This document shows, piece by piece, positions 1-10,698 of a stretch of 64,000 bases of DNA. The position numbers were made by a program, and so were the translations under genes. Numbering within the stretch: the first letter of the stretch is position 1; each line of letters begins with the position of its first letter. Source of the stretch: Escherichia coli (GTDB lineage Bacteria; Pseudomonadota; Gammaproteobacteria; Enterobacterales; Enterobacteriaceae); the NCBI RefSeq assembly GCF_041886205.1, contig NZ_CP169029.1, one strand, 5' to 3'. Under the pieces are notes generated by a model, which was not told where the DNA came from, made no database searches, and worked only from the letters and a program-made list of their open reading frames with translations.

Positions 1-480
1 CTTGTCGCCTGTGGTTTTACGGGAGATCACCGCGCCTGCGTTGGATTCTGAACCGGTTGCTGGCAGCGTCAGCACACAGCCCATCGGGATGGCGCTTTTA
101 ATCTCTTTACCGCCCGTTTGCAGAATGTGCCACGGATCGATATTTTCCGGATAGTTAGCCGCTGCGGCGATAAATTTGGTGCCGTCCAGTACAGAACCGC
201 CGCCAACCGCCAGCAGGAAAGTCACTTTCTGTTCGCGAACCAGTTTCACGGCGTTCATCAGCGTTTCATAAGCCGGGTTTGGCTCAATACCGCCAAATTC
301 CAGCACGTCCATGCCTTTCAGGGCATCCAGAACTTGATCGAGAACGCCGGTTTTTTTCACGCTGCCGCCGCCGTAGGTAATCAATACGCGAGCATCGTGA
401 GGAATTTGTTCGCGTAAACCAGCGATTGCGCCTTTACAAAACAGAATGCGGGTTGGGGTGTGCAGATTAAAGTTGTTCAT
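1..480 (-). CDS. yqhD: NADPH-dependent aldehyde reductase YqhD, N-terminal 160 codons (gene continues past the window edge)
   Basis: Reverse complement of 451-480 reads ATG AAC AAC TTT AAT CTG CAC ACC CCA ACC ([10 protein letters not shown]), the recognised YqhD N-terminus. The frame stays open to position 1. Confidence 0.9.
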   Translation of the reverse strand, partial: MNNFNLHTPTRILFCKGAIAGLREQIPHDARVLITYGGGSVKKTGVLDQVLDALKGMDVLEFGGIEPNPAYETLMNAVKLVREQKVTFLLAVGGGSVLDGTKFIAAAANYPENIDPWHILQTGGKEIKSAIPMGCVLTLPATGSESNAGAVISRKTTGDK

Positions 481-616
481 TACTTGCTCCCTTTGCTGGG
501 CCAATATGAGGGCAGAGAACGATCTGCCTGATGTTTTTCATTGTGATCGCCAGCGCCCTGGCTCTCAATGCTCATTTCTGCCAATGTCTTGCCTATTTCT
601 CCAGAGTGCTGGAGAA

Positions 617-1573
617 ATGCTACAAAATTGCGCACAATCAAATTGCCGCATTATTCCTAAGAAATTACGCGATATGAAACGTGAAGAGATTTGCCGCTTG
701 CTGGCGGATAAAGTTAATAAACTGAAAAATAAAGAAAATAGTTTGTCAGAACTGTTGCCCGATGTGCGTTTGTTGTATGGCGAGACGCCTTTCGCACGTA
801 CACCGGTGATGTACGAGCCTGGCATCATAATTCTCTTTTCCGGGCATAAAATCGGTTATATCAATGAACGCGTGTTTCGTTATGATGCCAATGAATACCT
901 GCTGCTGACGGTGCCGTTGCCGTTTGAGTGCGAAACCTATGCCACGTCAGAGGTGCCGCTGGCAGGGTTGCGTCTCAATGTCGATATTTTGCAGTTACAG
1001 GAACTGTTGATGGACATTGGCGAAGATGAGCATTTCCAGCCGTCGATGGCAGCCAGCGGGATTAACTCCGCCACGTTATCAGAAGAGATTTTATGCGCGG
1101 CGGAGCGGTTACTCGACGTGATGGAGCGACCACTGGATGCGCGTATTCTCGGCAAACAGATCATCCGCGAAATTCTGTACTACGTGCTGACCGGACCTTG
1201 CGGCGGCGCGTTACTGGCGCTGGTCAGTCGCCAGACTCACTTCAGTCTGATTAGCCGCGTGCTGAAACGGATTGAGAATAAATACACCGAAAACCTGAGC
1301 GTCGAGCAACTGGCGGCAGAAGCCAACATGAGCGTATCGGCGTTCCACCATAATTTTAAGTCTGTCACCAGTACCTCGCCGTTGCAGTATTTGAAGAATT
1401 ACCGTCTGCATAAGGCGCGGATGATGATCATCCATGACGGCATGAAGGCCAGCGCAGCAGCGATGCGCGTCGGCTATGAAAGCGCATCGCAATTTAGCCG
1501 TGAGTTTAAACGTTACTTCGGTGTGACGCCGGGGGAAGATGCGGCAAGAATGCGGGCGATGCAGGGGAATTAA
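617..1573 (+). CDS. yqhC: AraC-family transcriptional activator YqhC (318 aa)
   Basis: Sits in ORF 446..1573. The internal ATG at 617 ([10 protein letters not shown]...) gives the recognised 318-aa protein. C-terminal AraC HTH region ([10 protein letters not shown]...[12 protein letters not shown]). Divergent from yqhD as in E. coli. Confidence 0.9.
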   Translation: MLQNCAQSNCRIIPKKLRDMKREEICRLLADKVNKLKNKENSLSELLPDVRLLYGETPFARTPVMYEPGIIILFSGHKIGYINERVFRYDANEYLLLTVPLPFECETYATSEVPLAGLRLNVDILQLQELLMDIGEDEHFQPSMAASGINSATLSEEILCAAERLLDVMERPLDARILGKQIIREILYYVLTGPCGGALLALVSRQTHFSLISRVLKRIENKYTENLSVEQLAAEANMSVSAFHHNFKSVTSTSPLQYLKNYRLHKARMMIIHDGMKASAAAMRVGYESASQFSREFKRYFGVTPGEDAARMRAMQGN

Positions 1574-1612
1574 ATACGTTCCCGGTACAGCAACCGGGAA
1601 CAGGGAAAATCG

Positions 1613-2272
1613 TCAGGCGTTACAGTATTTTTTTTTAATCACCACAAACAGCGTGCCTAACAAGCCAGCGGTTAACAAGGCAATTGGCAGGATCATCAGG
1701 AACGTCATTACCTGATCTTCATGGCGTTTAACGAACGGAATCATACTTAAGGCATAGCCGAAACTGGTTACCACGCTGACCCACAGCAATCCGCTTAACC
1801 AGTTGAAAAACTGGAAACGGCGGTTTGGCAGACCGGAAATTCCCGCCATGGTTGGCAGCAGCGTACGGACAAATGCAAGAAAACGTCCAGCCAGCAGCGC
1901 CAGCAGACCGTGGCGGTCAAACATGCAGGTGGCGCGCTGGTGATATTTAGCAGGAAGCTGTGCCAGCCAGCCTTTCACCGTTTTGGTATTCCCTAACCAG
2001 CGCCCCTGAATATAACTTAGCCAGCAGCCCAGACTTGCTGCGGCGGTCAGAATCGCAATCGTAGGCAGAAAATCCATAACCCCCTGGGCAATCAATGCGC
2101 CTGCCAGTATCAACAAGCTGTCGCCTGGCAAAAATGAGGCGGGCAGCAGGCCGTTTTCTAAAAACAGCGTGGCAAACATGACAAAGTAAACAACGCTAAC
2201 AATATGAGGATCCGCCAGCGCGGCAAAGTCGTGTTGCCAGAGCGCAGCGATGATATCTTGAATAACAGCCAT
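1613..2272 (-). CDS. yghB: DedA-family inner membrane protein YghB (219 aa)
   Basis: 219-aa multi-TM ORF recognised as YghB, in conserved synteny between yqhC and metC. Confidence 0.9.
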
Positions 2273-2411
2273 GGACTTTCCTGTGGAACAGCGTTTAAGC
2301 CTTTATCTGCCTATTGTACTCCTGATTCGTCCGGGACGCCTTGATCCCGGACGCAACAATTTAAGACTTTTCACAATTAAATGTCTGCAAAATTGTCCAA
2401 AAGTGGCAATG

Positions 2412-3599
2412 TTATACAATTCGCGCAAAACCGGCGTCCAGATCGGCAATCAGATCGTCGACATCTTCCAGACCAATATGCAGGCGAATCAAGGTCCCGC
2501 TAAAATCGATCTCGCCTTGTGGGCGAATGGCGGCGATATGTTCTGGTTGATTCGCCAGGATCAACGATTCATACCCGCCCCACGAGTAGGCCATGCTGAA
2601 TAAACTGAAGTTATCCAGATAGTTCGCCAGCTCTTCATTACTGAGTTTTTTCTTAAGCACAAAGGAAAATAGCCCGCTGCTACCTGTAAAGTCTCGTTTC
2701 CAAAATTCGTGGCCTTTACTGCCAGGCAGAGCAGGGTGGTTAACTCGCGCAACTTGCGGATGTTCTGCCAGCCATTCAGCCACTTTCAGACTGCTTTCAT
2801 GATGTTGACGCAAACGCACACCTAATGTGCGCAGGCCACGGCTGGTTATATAGGCGGTATCGGCATCGACCATCTGGCCCATCAGATAGGCGTTTTCCCG
2901 TAGCTGCTCCCAGCAACGGGCATTGCACACGGCAGTGCCAATCATCGCATCTGAATGCCCAACCAGATATTTGGTGGCGGCTTGAATAGAAACATCGATG
3001 CCAAAATCCAGCGCCTTAAACAGCACACCGGCTGCCCAGGTGTTGTCGATCATAATGATGGCATCCGGCACCACACTGCGTACGGCGGCAACAATCGCCG
3101 GAACGTCGTGGACTTCCATGGTGATGGAGCCTGGCGATTCCAGAAACACGATTTTAGTGTTTGGCTGCAGATGCTTAACGATATCGGCACCAATCAGCGG
3201 ATCAAACCACGATGTCGTTACGCCCAGTTTGCTGAGGATTTTGCTACAGAAATCCTGACTCGGTTCATAGGCGGTGTTGGTCATCAACACATGATCGCCC
3301 TGTTCGACAAAAGCAAGAATCGAATTAGCAACCGCTGCCGCCCCGCAGGGAAATAGCGCGCAGCCTGCGCCACCTTCCAGTTCACACATCGCTTGTTGTA
3401 AGGAAAAATGGGTTAACGTTCCGCGCCGTCCATAGAACAACTCGCCATTGGCGCGATTGCGCGTCGCGTGCTTTTTGGCTTCCATACTCTCAAATACCAG
3501 CGAAGAAGCGCGCTGAATCACGCTATTTACCGCGCCAAGAGTGTATTTTTTGCTGCGTCCTGCATTCACCAGTTGAGTATCAAGCTTTTTGTCCGCCAT
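2412..3599 (-). CDS. metC: Cystathionine beta-lyase MetC (395 aa)
   Basis: Sits in ORF 2412..3734. The true start [15 protein letters not shown] is at 3599 (CAT at 3597-3599). PLP-enzyme sequence recognised as MetC; the longer ORF is a 5' over-extension. Confidence 0.93.
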   Translation of the reverse strand: MADKKLDTQLVNAGRSKKYTLGAVNSVIQRASSLVFESMEAKKHATRNRANGELFYGRRGTLTHFSLQQAMCELEGGAGCALFPCGAAAVANSILAFVEQGDHVLMTNTAYEPSQDFCSKILSKLGVTTSWFDPLIGADIVKHLQPNTKIVFLESPGSITMEVHDVPAIVAAVRSVVPDAIIMIDNTWAAGVLFKALDFGIDVSIQAATKYLVGHSDAMIGTAVCNARCWEQLRENAYLMGQMVDADTAYITSRGLRTLGVRLRQHHESSLKVAEWLAEHPQVARVNHPALPGSKGHEFWKRDFTGSSGLFSFVLKKKLSNEELANYLDNFSLFSMAYSWGGYESLILANQPEHIAAIRPQGEIDFSGTLIRLHIGLEDVDDLIADLDAGFARIV

Positions 3600-3617
3600 G
3601 TCGGGATTCCTGTTTTT

Positions 3618-3641
3618 ATACGTCTGGATGTCTAAACTAGC
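3618..3641. promoter_or_regulatory. Candidate MetJ operator (tandem met boxes) upstream of metC
   Basis: Tandem 8-mers ATACGTCT GGATGTCT (plus a weaker AAACTAGC) resemble the AGACGTCT met-box consensus. They lie about 20-40 nt upstream of the metC start. Confidence 0.55.
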
Positions 3642-3850
3642 ATGAATATTCGCGGGCGCATCCTGAAGAATTGGCATAAAGCAGAAAATTTTCGCAAATG
3701 GCGTGCTGGTGACTTTTTTACTGCGTAAACGCAAGGAAAAGAAAGCAAAGGTACGGCAGTATGCAAATAGTAATGAGAACGACTATCAATTCGACGTCAT
3801 TTTGATATTATTATGCGCAGATTTTGTGACTTGCGTCCTGGAGATACACA

Positions 3851-4585
3851 GTGGGTAATAATTTGATGCAGACGGACCTTTCCGTCTGGGGTATGTATCA
3901 GCACGCCGATATTGTCGTTAAGTGCGTGATGATTGGGCTTATTTTGGCCTCCGTAGTCACTTGGGCAATCTTCTTCAGTAAGAGCGTAGAATTCTTCAAT
4001 CAGAAGCGTCGCCTTAAGCGCGAGCAGCAACTGCTGGCTGAAGCGCGTTCCTTAAACCAGGCCAACGATATCGCCGCTGATTTTGGTAGCAAAAGCTTAA
4101 GCCTGCATTTGCTCAATGAAGCGCAGAATGAGCTGGAACTGTCAGAAGGCAGCGACGATAACGAAGGTATTAAAGAACGTACCAGCTTCCGTCTGGAGCG
4201 TCGGGTCGCCGCAGTGGGTCGTCAAATGGGCCGCGGTAACGGCTATCTGGCAACCATCGGCGCGATTTCTCCGTTCGTTGGTCTGTTTGGTACGGTCTGG
4301 GGCATCATGAACAGCTTTATTGGTATCGCGCAAACGCAGACCACTAACCTGGCAGTCGTTGCGCCGGGTATCGCAGAAGCTCTGTTAGCAACGGCAATCG
4401 GCCTCGTGGCAGCGATTCCTGCGGTCGTTATCTATAACGTATTTGCACGCCAGATTGGCGGCTTTAAAGCGATGCTGGGTGATGTTGCAGCGCAGGTATT
4501 GTTGCTGCAAAGCCGTGACCTGGATCTGGAAGCCAGCGCCGCTGCGCATCCGGTTCGTGTCGCACAAAAATTACGCGCAGGATAA
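3851..4585 (+). CDS. exbB: TonB-system proton channel ExbB (244 aa, GTG start)
   Basis: MGNNLMQTDLSVWGMYQHADIVVKCVMIGL... recognised as ExbB. MotA/TolQ/ExbB family with 3 TM segments. Confidence 0.95.
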   Translation: MGNNLMQTDLSVWGMYQHADIVVKCVMIGLILASVVTWAIFFSKSVEFFNQKRRLKREQQLLAEARSLNQANDIAADFGSKSLSLHLLNEAQNELELSEGSDDNEGIKERTSFRLERRVAAVGRQMGRGNGYLATIGAISPFVGLFGTVWGIMNSFIGIAQTQTTNLAVVAPGIAEALLATAIGLVAAIPAVVIYNVFARQIGGFKAMLGDVAAQVLLLQSRDLDLEASAAAHPVRVAQKLRAG

Positions 4586-4591
4586 TATCCG

Positions 4592-5017
4592 ATGGCAATG
4601 CATCTTAACGAAAACCTCGACGATAACGGCGAAATGCATGATATCAACGTGACGCCGTTTATCGACGTGATGTTGGTTCTGCTGATTATCTTTATGGTGG
4701 CGGCACCGTTAGCGACGGTAGATGTGAAGGTGAACTTGCCTGCTTCTACCAGCACGCCGCAGCCGCGCCCGGAAAAACCGGTTTATCTGTCGGTGAAGGC
4801 AGACAACTCGATGTTTATCGGTAACGATCCGGTCACCGATGAAACAATGATTACGGCGTTGAATGCGTTAACCGAAGGCAAGAAAGACACCACCATCTTC
4901 TTCCGGGCGGACAAAACCGTCGATTACGAGACGTTGATGAAGGTAATGGATACGCTGCATCAGGCGGGTTACCTGAAGATAGGTCTGGTCGGCGAAGAAA
5001 CCGCCAAAGCGAAGTAA
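4592..5017 (+). CDS. exbD: TonB-system protein ExbD (141 aa)
   Basis: MAMHLNENLDDNGEMHDINVTPFIDVMLVLLIIFMV... recognised as ExbD, starting 6 nt after exbB. Confidence 0.95.
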   Translation: MAMHLNENLDDNGEMHDINVTPFIDVMLVLLIIFMVAAPLATVDVKVNLPASTSTPQPRPEKPVYLSVKADNSMFIGNDPVTDETMITALNALTEGKKDTTIFFRADKTVDYETLMKVMDTLHQAGYLKIGLVGEETAKAK

Positions 5018-5026
5018 AGTAGAATT

Positions 5027-5222
5027 GCCTGATGCGCTACGCTCATCAGGCCTACAAAATCTATTGCAACATGTTGAATCTTCGTGCGTTTGTAGGCCGG
5101 ATAAGGCGTTCACGACGCATCCGGCATTAGGTGCTCAATGCCTGATGCGCTACGCTTATCAGGCCTACAAAATCTATTGCAACATGTTGAATCTTCATGC
5201 GTTTGTAGGCGGATAAGGCGTT
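5027..5222. repeat. REP/BIME-type extragenic palindromic repeats: two near-identical ~83-bp units with a 113-bp period
   Basis: GCCTGATGCGCTACGCT(C/T)ATCAGGCCTACAAAATCTATTGCAACATGTTGAATCTTC(G/A)TGCGTTTGTAGGC(C)GGATAAGGCGTT occurs at 5027-5110 and 5140-5222, with a further GCATCCGGCA REP between the copies. Confidence 0.85.
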
Positions 5223-5256
5223 TTCGCCACATCAGGTAAGAGTGAATTCACAATGA

Positions 5257-5290
5257 TGCCCGGTTGCTTTTCACAACCGGGCATTTTTTT
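5257..5290 (+). terminator. Rho-independent terminator after exbBD (abuts the yghA stop)
   Basis: TGCCCGGTTG (5257-5266), loop CTTTTCA, CAACCGGGCA (5274-5283), followed by TTTTTTT (5284-5290). Confidence 0.7.
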
Positions 5291-6173
5291 AACCTAAATG
5301 CTCGCCGCCGCACACGCCGTGCACTTCTGCGGTGACGTAGCTCGACTCCTGACTTGCCAGATAAACATATACAGGGGCCAGTTCCGCCGGTTGCCCCGCA
5401 CGTTTCATCGGCGTTTGCTGACCAAACTGCGGGATCTTATCCTGCGTTTGTCCGCCGGAAATTTGCAGTGCTGTCCAGATCGGGCCTGGCGCGACAATAT
5501 TCACCCGAATACCTTTCTCCGCGACCTGTTTTGCCAAGCCACGGCTGTAGTTCAGAATCGCCGCCTTCGTAGCCGCATAGTCCAGTAAATGCGGACTTGG
5601 CTGGTATGCCTGGATTGACGAAGTGGTGATGATACTTGCACCTTTCGGTAGCAGGGGGATCGCTTCCTGGGTTAGCCAGAACAGCGCGAAAACGTTAATG
5701 GCAAAGGTCTTTTGAAACTGTTCGCTGGTGAGGTCTGCAATATCCGGAATGGCAACCTGTTTCCCGGCGACCAGCGCCATAATATCCAGCCCGCCTAACG
5801 CCTTGTGCGCTTCGTGAACCAGCGAACGGGCAAATTTCTCATCGCTTAAATCGCCTGGCAGCAGAACGGCTTTGCGTCCGCATTCTTCAATGATCTTTTT
5901 CACATCCTGAGCGTCTTCTTCTTCCACGGGAAGATAACTGATCGCCACGTCAGCCCCTTCACGCGCGTAAGCGATGGCGGCAGCGCGACCTATTCCGGAA
6001 TCGCCCCCTGTCACCAGTGCTTTACGATCTTTCAGGCGACCGCTACCAACATAGGTTTTCTCGCCGCAATCCGGTACCGGTGTCATCTTCGCCTGGATGC
6101 CTGGCGTCGGTTGTTTCTGTTTGGGATATTCACCAGTGTAATACTGCGTGGTCGGGTCTTTTAAATGAGACAT
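5289..6173 (-). CDS. yghA: Short-chain dehydrogenase/reductase YghA (294 aa)
   Basis: [10 protein letters not shown] Rossmann motif. Sequence recognised as YghA. Confidence 0.9.
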
Positions 6174-6294
6174 CGTTTTTCTCCCTTCAGGTTCAACGTC
6201 CTTTAAGGGTAGACGTTCTCGATGCGTTGATAAGGGAACCAGGAAGATCCCTAAACCTCAGAATTATGCGACAAAGGTTTAACGTATATGTTGA

Positions 6295-6858
<564 letters not shown>

Positions 6859-6897
6859 TCTGATTCGGGCGCGGTTCTCGCGCCCGTTATTAACAGG

Positions 6898-7938
6898 TCA
6901 TTTATCGGAAGACGCCTGCCACAGATTCAGCTCGCCATCGGCGATATGCTGATCAATCTGCGCCAGCTCCTCGGTGCTAAATGTCAGATTATTCAGCGCC
7001 TGCACGTTCTCCTCTAGTTGCTCCGCGCGGCTGGCACCAATCAATACCGACGTCACGCGATCATCTTTCAGCAACCAGCTTAACGCCATTTGCGCCATTG
7101 ATTGTCCACGCTGCTGTGCCATTTCATTCAATAAGCGCAGGCTGTTGAGGTTGGCTTCGGTAAGCATTTTCGGCGTCAGACCACGAACTTTATTCCCTTC
7201 ACGATGCATCCGTGAATCTTGCGGAATGCCGTTGAGATATTTTCCGGTCAGCAATCCCTGAGCCAGAGGAGTAAAGGCAATACAGCCCACGCCGTTATTT
7301 TGCAGGGTATCCAGCAGGCCGCTTTTATCCACCCAGCGGTTCAGTAAATTGTACGAAGGTTGATGAATTAAAAGCGGAATTTTCCACTCGTGCAGCAACT
7401 CGACCATTTTTTGCGTCCGCTCTGGCGAGTAAGAGGAGATCCCGACATACAGCGCCTTACCGCTTTGTACCGCATGAGCCAGCGCAGAGGCGGTTTCTTC
7501 CATCGGCGTATTTTCATCGACGCGATGAGAGTAAAAGATATCGACATACTCAAGCCCCATACGCTTCAGGCTTTGGTCGAGGCTGGCGAGCAGGTATTTA
7601 CGTGAACCGCCAGAGCCGTAAGGGCCGGGCCACATATCGTAGCCAGCCTTGGTAGAGATAATCAGTTCATCGCGATAAGCGGCAAAATCCTCCCGCAGCA
7701 GGCGACCAAAGTTCTCTTCTGCGCTTCCTGGAGGCGGCCCGTAATTGTTGGCTAAATCAAAGTGCGTAATGCCTAAATCAAACGCTTTACGCAGGATTGC
7801 ACGCTGTGATTCCAGCGCGTTAACGTGACCGAAATTGTGCCATAAACCGAGCGATAACGCGGGCAGGCGTAAACCACTTTTTCCGCAATAGCGGTATTGC
7901 ATCTGCCCGTAACGTTCGGGATTCGCTAACCAGACCAT
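6898..7938 (-). CDS. gpr: Aldo-keto reductase, L-glyceraldehyde-3-phosphate reductase Gpr/YghZ (346 aa)
   Basis: MVWLANPERYGQMQYRYCGKSGLRLPALSLGLWHNFG... recognised as YghZ. AKR family. Confidence 0.92.
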   Translation of the reverse strand: MVWLANPERYGQMQYRYCGKSGLRLPALSLGLWHNFGHVNALESQRAILRKAFDLGITHFDLANNYGPPPGSAEENFGRLLREDFAAYRDELIISTKAGYDMWPGPYGSGGSRKYLLASLDQSLKRMGLEYVDIFYSHRVDENTPMEETASALAHAVQSGKALYVGISSYSPERTQKMVELLHEWKIPLLIHQPSYNLLNRWVDKSGLLDTLQNNGVGCIAFTPLAQGLLTGKYLNGIPQDSRMHREGNKVRGLTPKMLTEANLNSLRLLNEMAQQRGQSMAQMALSWLLKDDRVTSVLIGASRAEQLEENVQALNNLTFSTEELAQIDQHIADGELNLWQASSDK

Positions 7939-8095
7939 GACCTCTCCTTTCCACCGTTCAATTTCGAAACAATGTTTCTAGTTTAGCGATTCGCCAGCGC
8001 GTATCCCGTAGTCTGGCTCACAGAGTGACGAAAAACTGGGCAAAAACACGTGCTTATGCTTTGCTTAAAAAAAACACCAACTGAGGAGTGCAACG

Positions 8096-8983
8096 ATGCC
8101 GCGTTTAACCGCCAAAGATTTCCCACAAGAGTTGCTGGATTACTATGACTATTACGCTCACGGGAAAATCTCGAAACGTGAGTTCCTCAACCTTGCGGCG
8201 AAGTATGCGGTAGGCGGGATGACGGCATTAGCGTTGTTTGATTTGCTCAAGCCAAATTATGCGCTGGCGACTCAGGTAGAGTTTACCGACCCGGAAATTG
8301 TTGCTGAGTACATCACGTATCCTTCGCCAAATGGTCACGGCGAGGTGCGGGGTTATCTGGTGAAGCCCGCAAAGATGAGCGGCAAAACGCCAGCCGTAGT
8401 GGTGGTGCATGAGAATCGTGGACTGAATCCGTATATCGAAGATGTGGCACGGCGAGTGGCGAAGGCGGGGTATATCGCCCTGGCACCTGACGGCTTAAGT
8501 TCCGTTGGAGGTTATCCGGGAAATGATGATAAAGGTCGTGAGCTGCAACAGCAGGTTGATCCAACCAAACTGATGAATGATTTCTTTGCCGCAATTGAGT
8601 TTATGCAACGCTATCCGCAAGCGACAGGCAAAGTGGGTATTACCGGATTTTGCTATGGCGGTGGCGTATCGAACGCGGCGGCTGTCGCGTATCCGGAACT
8701 GGCCTGCGCGGTGCCGTTTTATGGTCGTCAGGCACCCACTGCCGATGTGGCGAAGATTGAAGCGCCTTTACTACTCCACTTCGCGGAACTGGACACCCGA
8801 ATCAACGAGGGCTGGCCTGCTTACGAGGCGGCGTTGAAAGCCAATAATAAGGTTTATGAGGCGTATATCTATCCGGGGGTTAATCACGGATTCCATAATG
8901 ATTCCACGCCCCGTTATGACAAATCTGCCGCCGATCTTGCCTGGCAAAGGACACTGAAATGGTTCGATAAATATCTCTCCTGA
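8096..8983 (+). CDS. yghX: Dienelactone hydrolase-family protein, intact YghX (295 aa)
   Basis: A single uninterrupted 295-aa ORF with the alpha/beta-hydrolase nucleophile context GITGFCYGG and a C-terminal NHGFHND. Confidence 0.8.
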   Translation: MPRLTAKDFPQELLDYYDYYAHGKISKREFLNLAAKYAVGGMTALALFDLLKPNYALATQVEFTDPEIVAEYITYPSPNGHGEVRGYLVKPAKMSGKTPAVVVVHENRGLNPYIEDVARRVAKAGYIALAPDGLSSVGGYPGNDDKGRELQQQVDPTKLMNDFFAAIEFMQRYPQATGKVGITGFCYGGGVSNAAAVAYPELACAVPFYGRQAPTADVAKIEAPLLLHFAELDTRINEGWPAYEAALKANNKVYEAYIYPGVNHGFHNDSTPRYDKSAADLAWQRTLKWFDKYLS

Positions 8984-9101
8984 TAGGTTTATCTCTTACG
9001 GGATTACGTCTTAAACAAGCATGAAAAAATAGCGTGCGCAAAAGTCGTTCTTTGCCTAAAATATCGCTATATATGGCGATATATAGCGAATGAGGTGAAC
9101 G

Positions 9102-9389
9102 ATGAATAACCATTTTGGTAAAGGCTTAATGGCGGGATTAAAAGCAACGCATGCCGACAGTGCGGTTAATGTGACAAAATTCTGTGCCGATTATAAACGC
9201 GGTTTTGTATTAGGCTACTCACACCGGATGTACGAAAAGACCGGAGATCGCCAGCTTAGCGCCTGGGAAGCGGGTATTCTGACGCGCCGCTATGGACTGG
9301 ATAAAGAGATGGTAATGGATTTCTTTCGTGAGAATAATTCCTGTTCTACGTTGCGCTTTTTTATGGCCGGTTATCGCCTCGAAAATTGA
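9102..9389 (+). CDS. yghW: Small conserved protein YghW (95 aa)
   Basis: [35 protein letters not shown]... recognised as YghW. RBS GAGG 7 nt upstream. Confidence 0.85.
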
Positions 9390-9577
9390 TCAAACATACG
9401 TATTATCTTGCTTTAATTAATTACACTAATGCTTCTTCCCTTCGTTTTAGCGCCCCGCCGCAGTATCATGATATCGATAACCATAATAAATGTGTGGTAA
9501 ATGGCGCATCGATCGCATTATTGATTTTGCGATTGAGGCAAAATATATGCCAGGTCTTCGCAACGGAATAACTATAA

Positions 9578-10696
9578 ATGACTGGAGATAACACCCTCAT
9601 CCATTCTCACGGCATTAACCGTCGTGATTTCATGAAGCTTTGTGCAGCATTAGCCGCCACCATGGGGTTAAGTAGCAAAGCCGCTGCAGAGATGGCCGAA
9701 TCGGTTACTAACCCGCAGCGTCCGCCAGTTATCTGGATTGGCGCGCAGGAGTGCACCGGTTGTACGGAATCTCTGCTTCGTGCAACGCATCCAACGGTAG
9801 AAAACCTCGTACTGGAGACTATCTCTCTGGAGTATCACGAAGTGCTTTCCGCCGCCTTCGGTCATCAGGTCGAAGAGAACAAACATAACGCTCTCGAGAA
9901 GTACAAAGGGCAGTATGTGTTAGTGGTGGATGGTTCCATCCCATTAAAAGATAACGGTATTTATTGCATGGTTGCCGGTGAGCCGATTGTGGATCACATC
10001 CGCAAAGCGGCGGAAGGCGCAGCAGCCATTATCGCTATCGGTTCCTGCTCTGCGTGGGGCGGTGTTGCCGCAGCTGGAGTTAACCCAACTGGCGCAGTCA
10101 GCCTGCAAGAAGTTCTGCCAGGCAAAACCGTTATCAATATTCCGGGCTGCCCGCCGAACCCGCACAACTTCCTCGCGACCGTTGCGCACATCATCACTTA
10201 CGGCAAACCGCCGAAACTGGATGACAAAAACCGTCCGACCTTCGCCTATGGCCGTCTGATTCACGAACACTGCGAACGTCGCCCGCACTTCGATGCTGGT
10301 CGTTTTGCCAAAGAGTTCGGTGATGAAGGCCACCGCGAAGGCTGGTGCCTGTACCACCTCGGCTGTAAAGGGCCAGAAACTTACGGCAACTGCTCAACGC
10401 TGCAATTCTGCGATGTTGGCGGTGTGTGGCCGGTGGCGATTGGTCACCCGTGCTATGGCTGTAACGAAGAAGGTATCGGCTTCCATAAAGGCATCCATCA
10501 GCTTGCCAACGTCGAAAATCAAACTCCGCGTTCACAGAAACCGGATGTTAACGCTAAAGAGGGCGGCAACGTCTCTGCAGGCGCTATTGGTTTGCTCGGC
10601 GGTGTGGTTGGGTTGGTTGCCGGTGTCAGCGTGATGGCGGTGCGTGAACTGGGTCGTCAGCAAAAGAAAGATAACGCTGACTCACGGGGAGAATAA
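9578..10696 (+). CDS. hybO: Hydrogenase-2 small subunit HybO (372 aa)
   Basis: Tat signal [25 protein letters not shown]. FeS cysteine motifs (CTGC, GSC, GCPP). C-terminal TM anchor. Confidence 0.96.
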   Translation: MTGDNTLIHSHGINRRDFMKLCAALAATMGLSSKAAAEMAESVTNPQRPPVIWIGAQECTGCTESLLRATHPTVENLVLETISLEYHEVLSAAFGHQVEENKHNALEKYKGQYVLVVDGSIPLKDNGIYCMVAGEPIVDHIRKAAEGAAAIIAIGSCSAWGGVAAAGVNPTGAVSLQEVLPGKTVINIPGCPPNPHNFLATVAHIITYGKPPKLDDKNRPTFAYGRLIHEHCERRPHFDAGRFAKEFGDEGHREGWCLYHLGCKGPETYGNCSTLQFCDVGGVWPVAIGHPCYGCNEEGIGFHKGIHQLANVENQTPRSQKPDVNAKEGGNVSAGAIGLLGGVVGLVAGVSVMAVRELGRQQKKDNADSRGE

Positions 10697-10698
10697 CC

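Noticed and set aside
2412-3734. Track ORFs longer than the real genes: metC 440 aa, yqhC 375 aa, yghU 304 aa, glcC 279 aa, glcF 456 aa, hybE 187 aa, hybF 131 aa, cbtA-like 173 aa and flu 1064 aa.
   Set aside because: The upstream in-frame extensions overlap neighbouring genes or promoters. The internal ATGs reproduce the known N-termini and lengths, so the shorter coordinates were used.
3740-3850. Possible Fur box upstream of exbB (AAATAGTAATGAGAACGAC and TGATATTATTATG).
   Set aside because: exbBD is known to be iron-regulated. Neither candidate matches the 19-bp Fur consensus well enough for me to place the site with confidence.
9386-9571. 61-aa ORF in the yghW-hybO intergenic region. Similar small AT-rich ORFs occur around 19268..19552.
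   Set aside because: They lie in AT-rich promoter regions with no RBS or conservation signal that I can recognise. They are treated as regulatory DNA.
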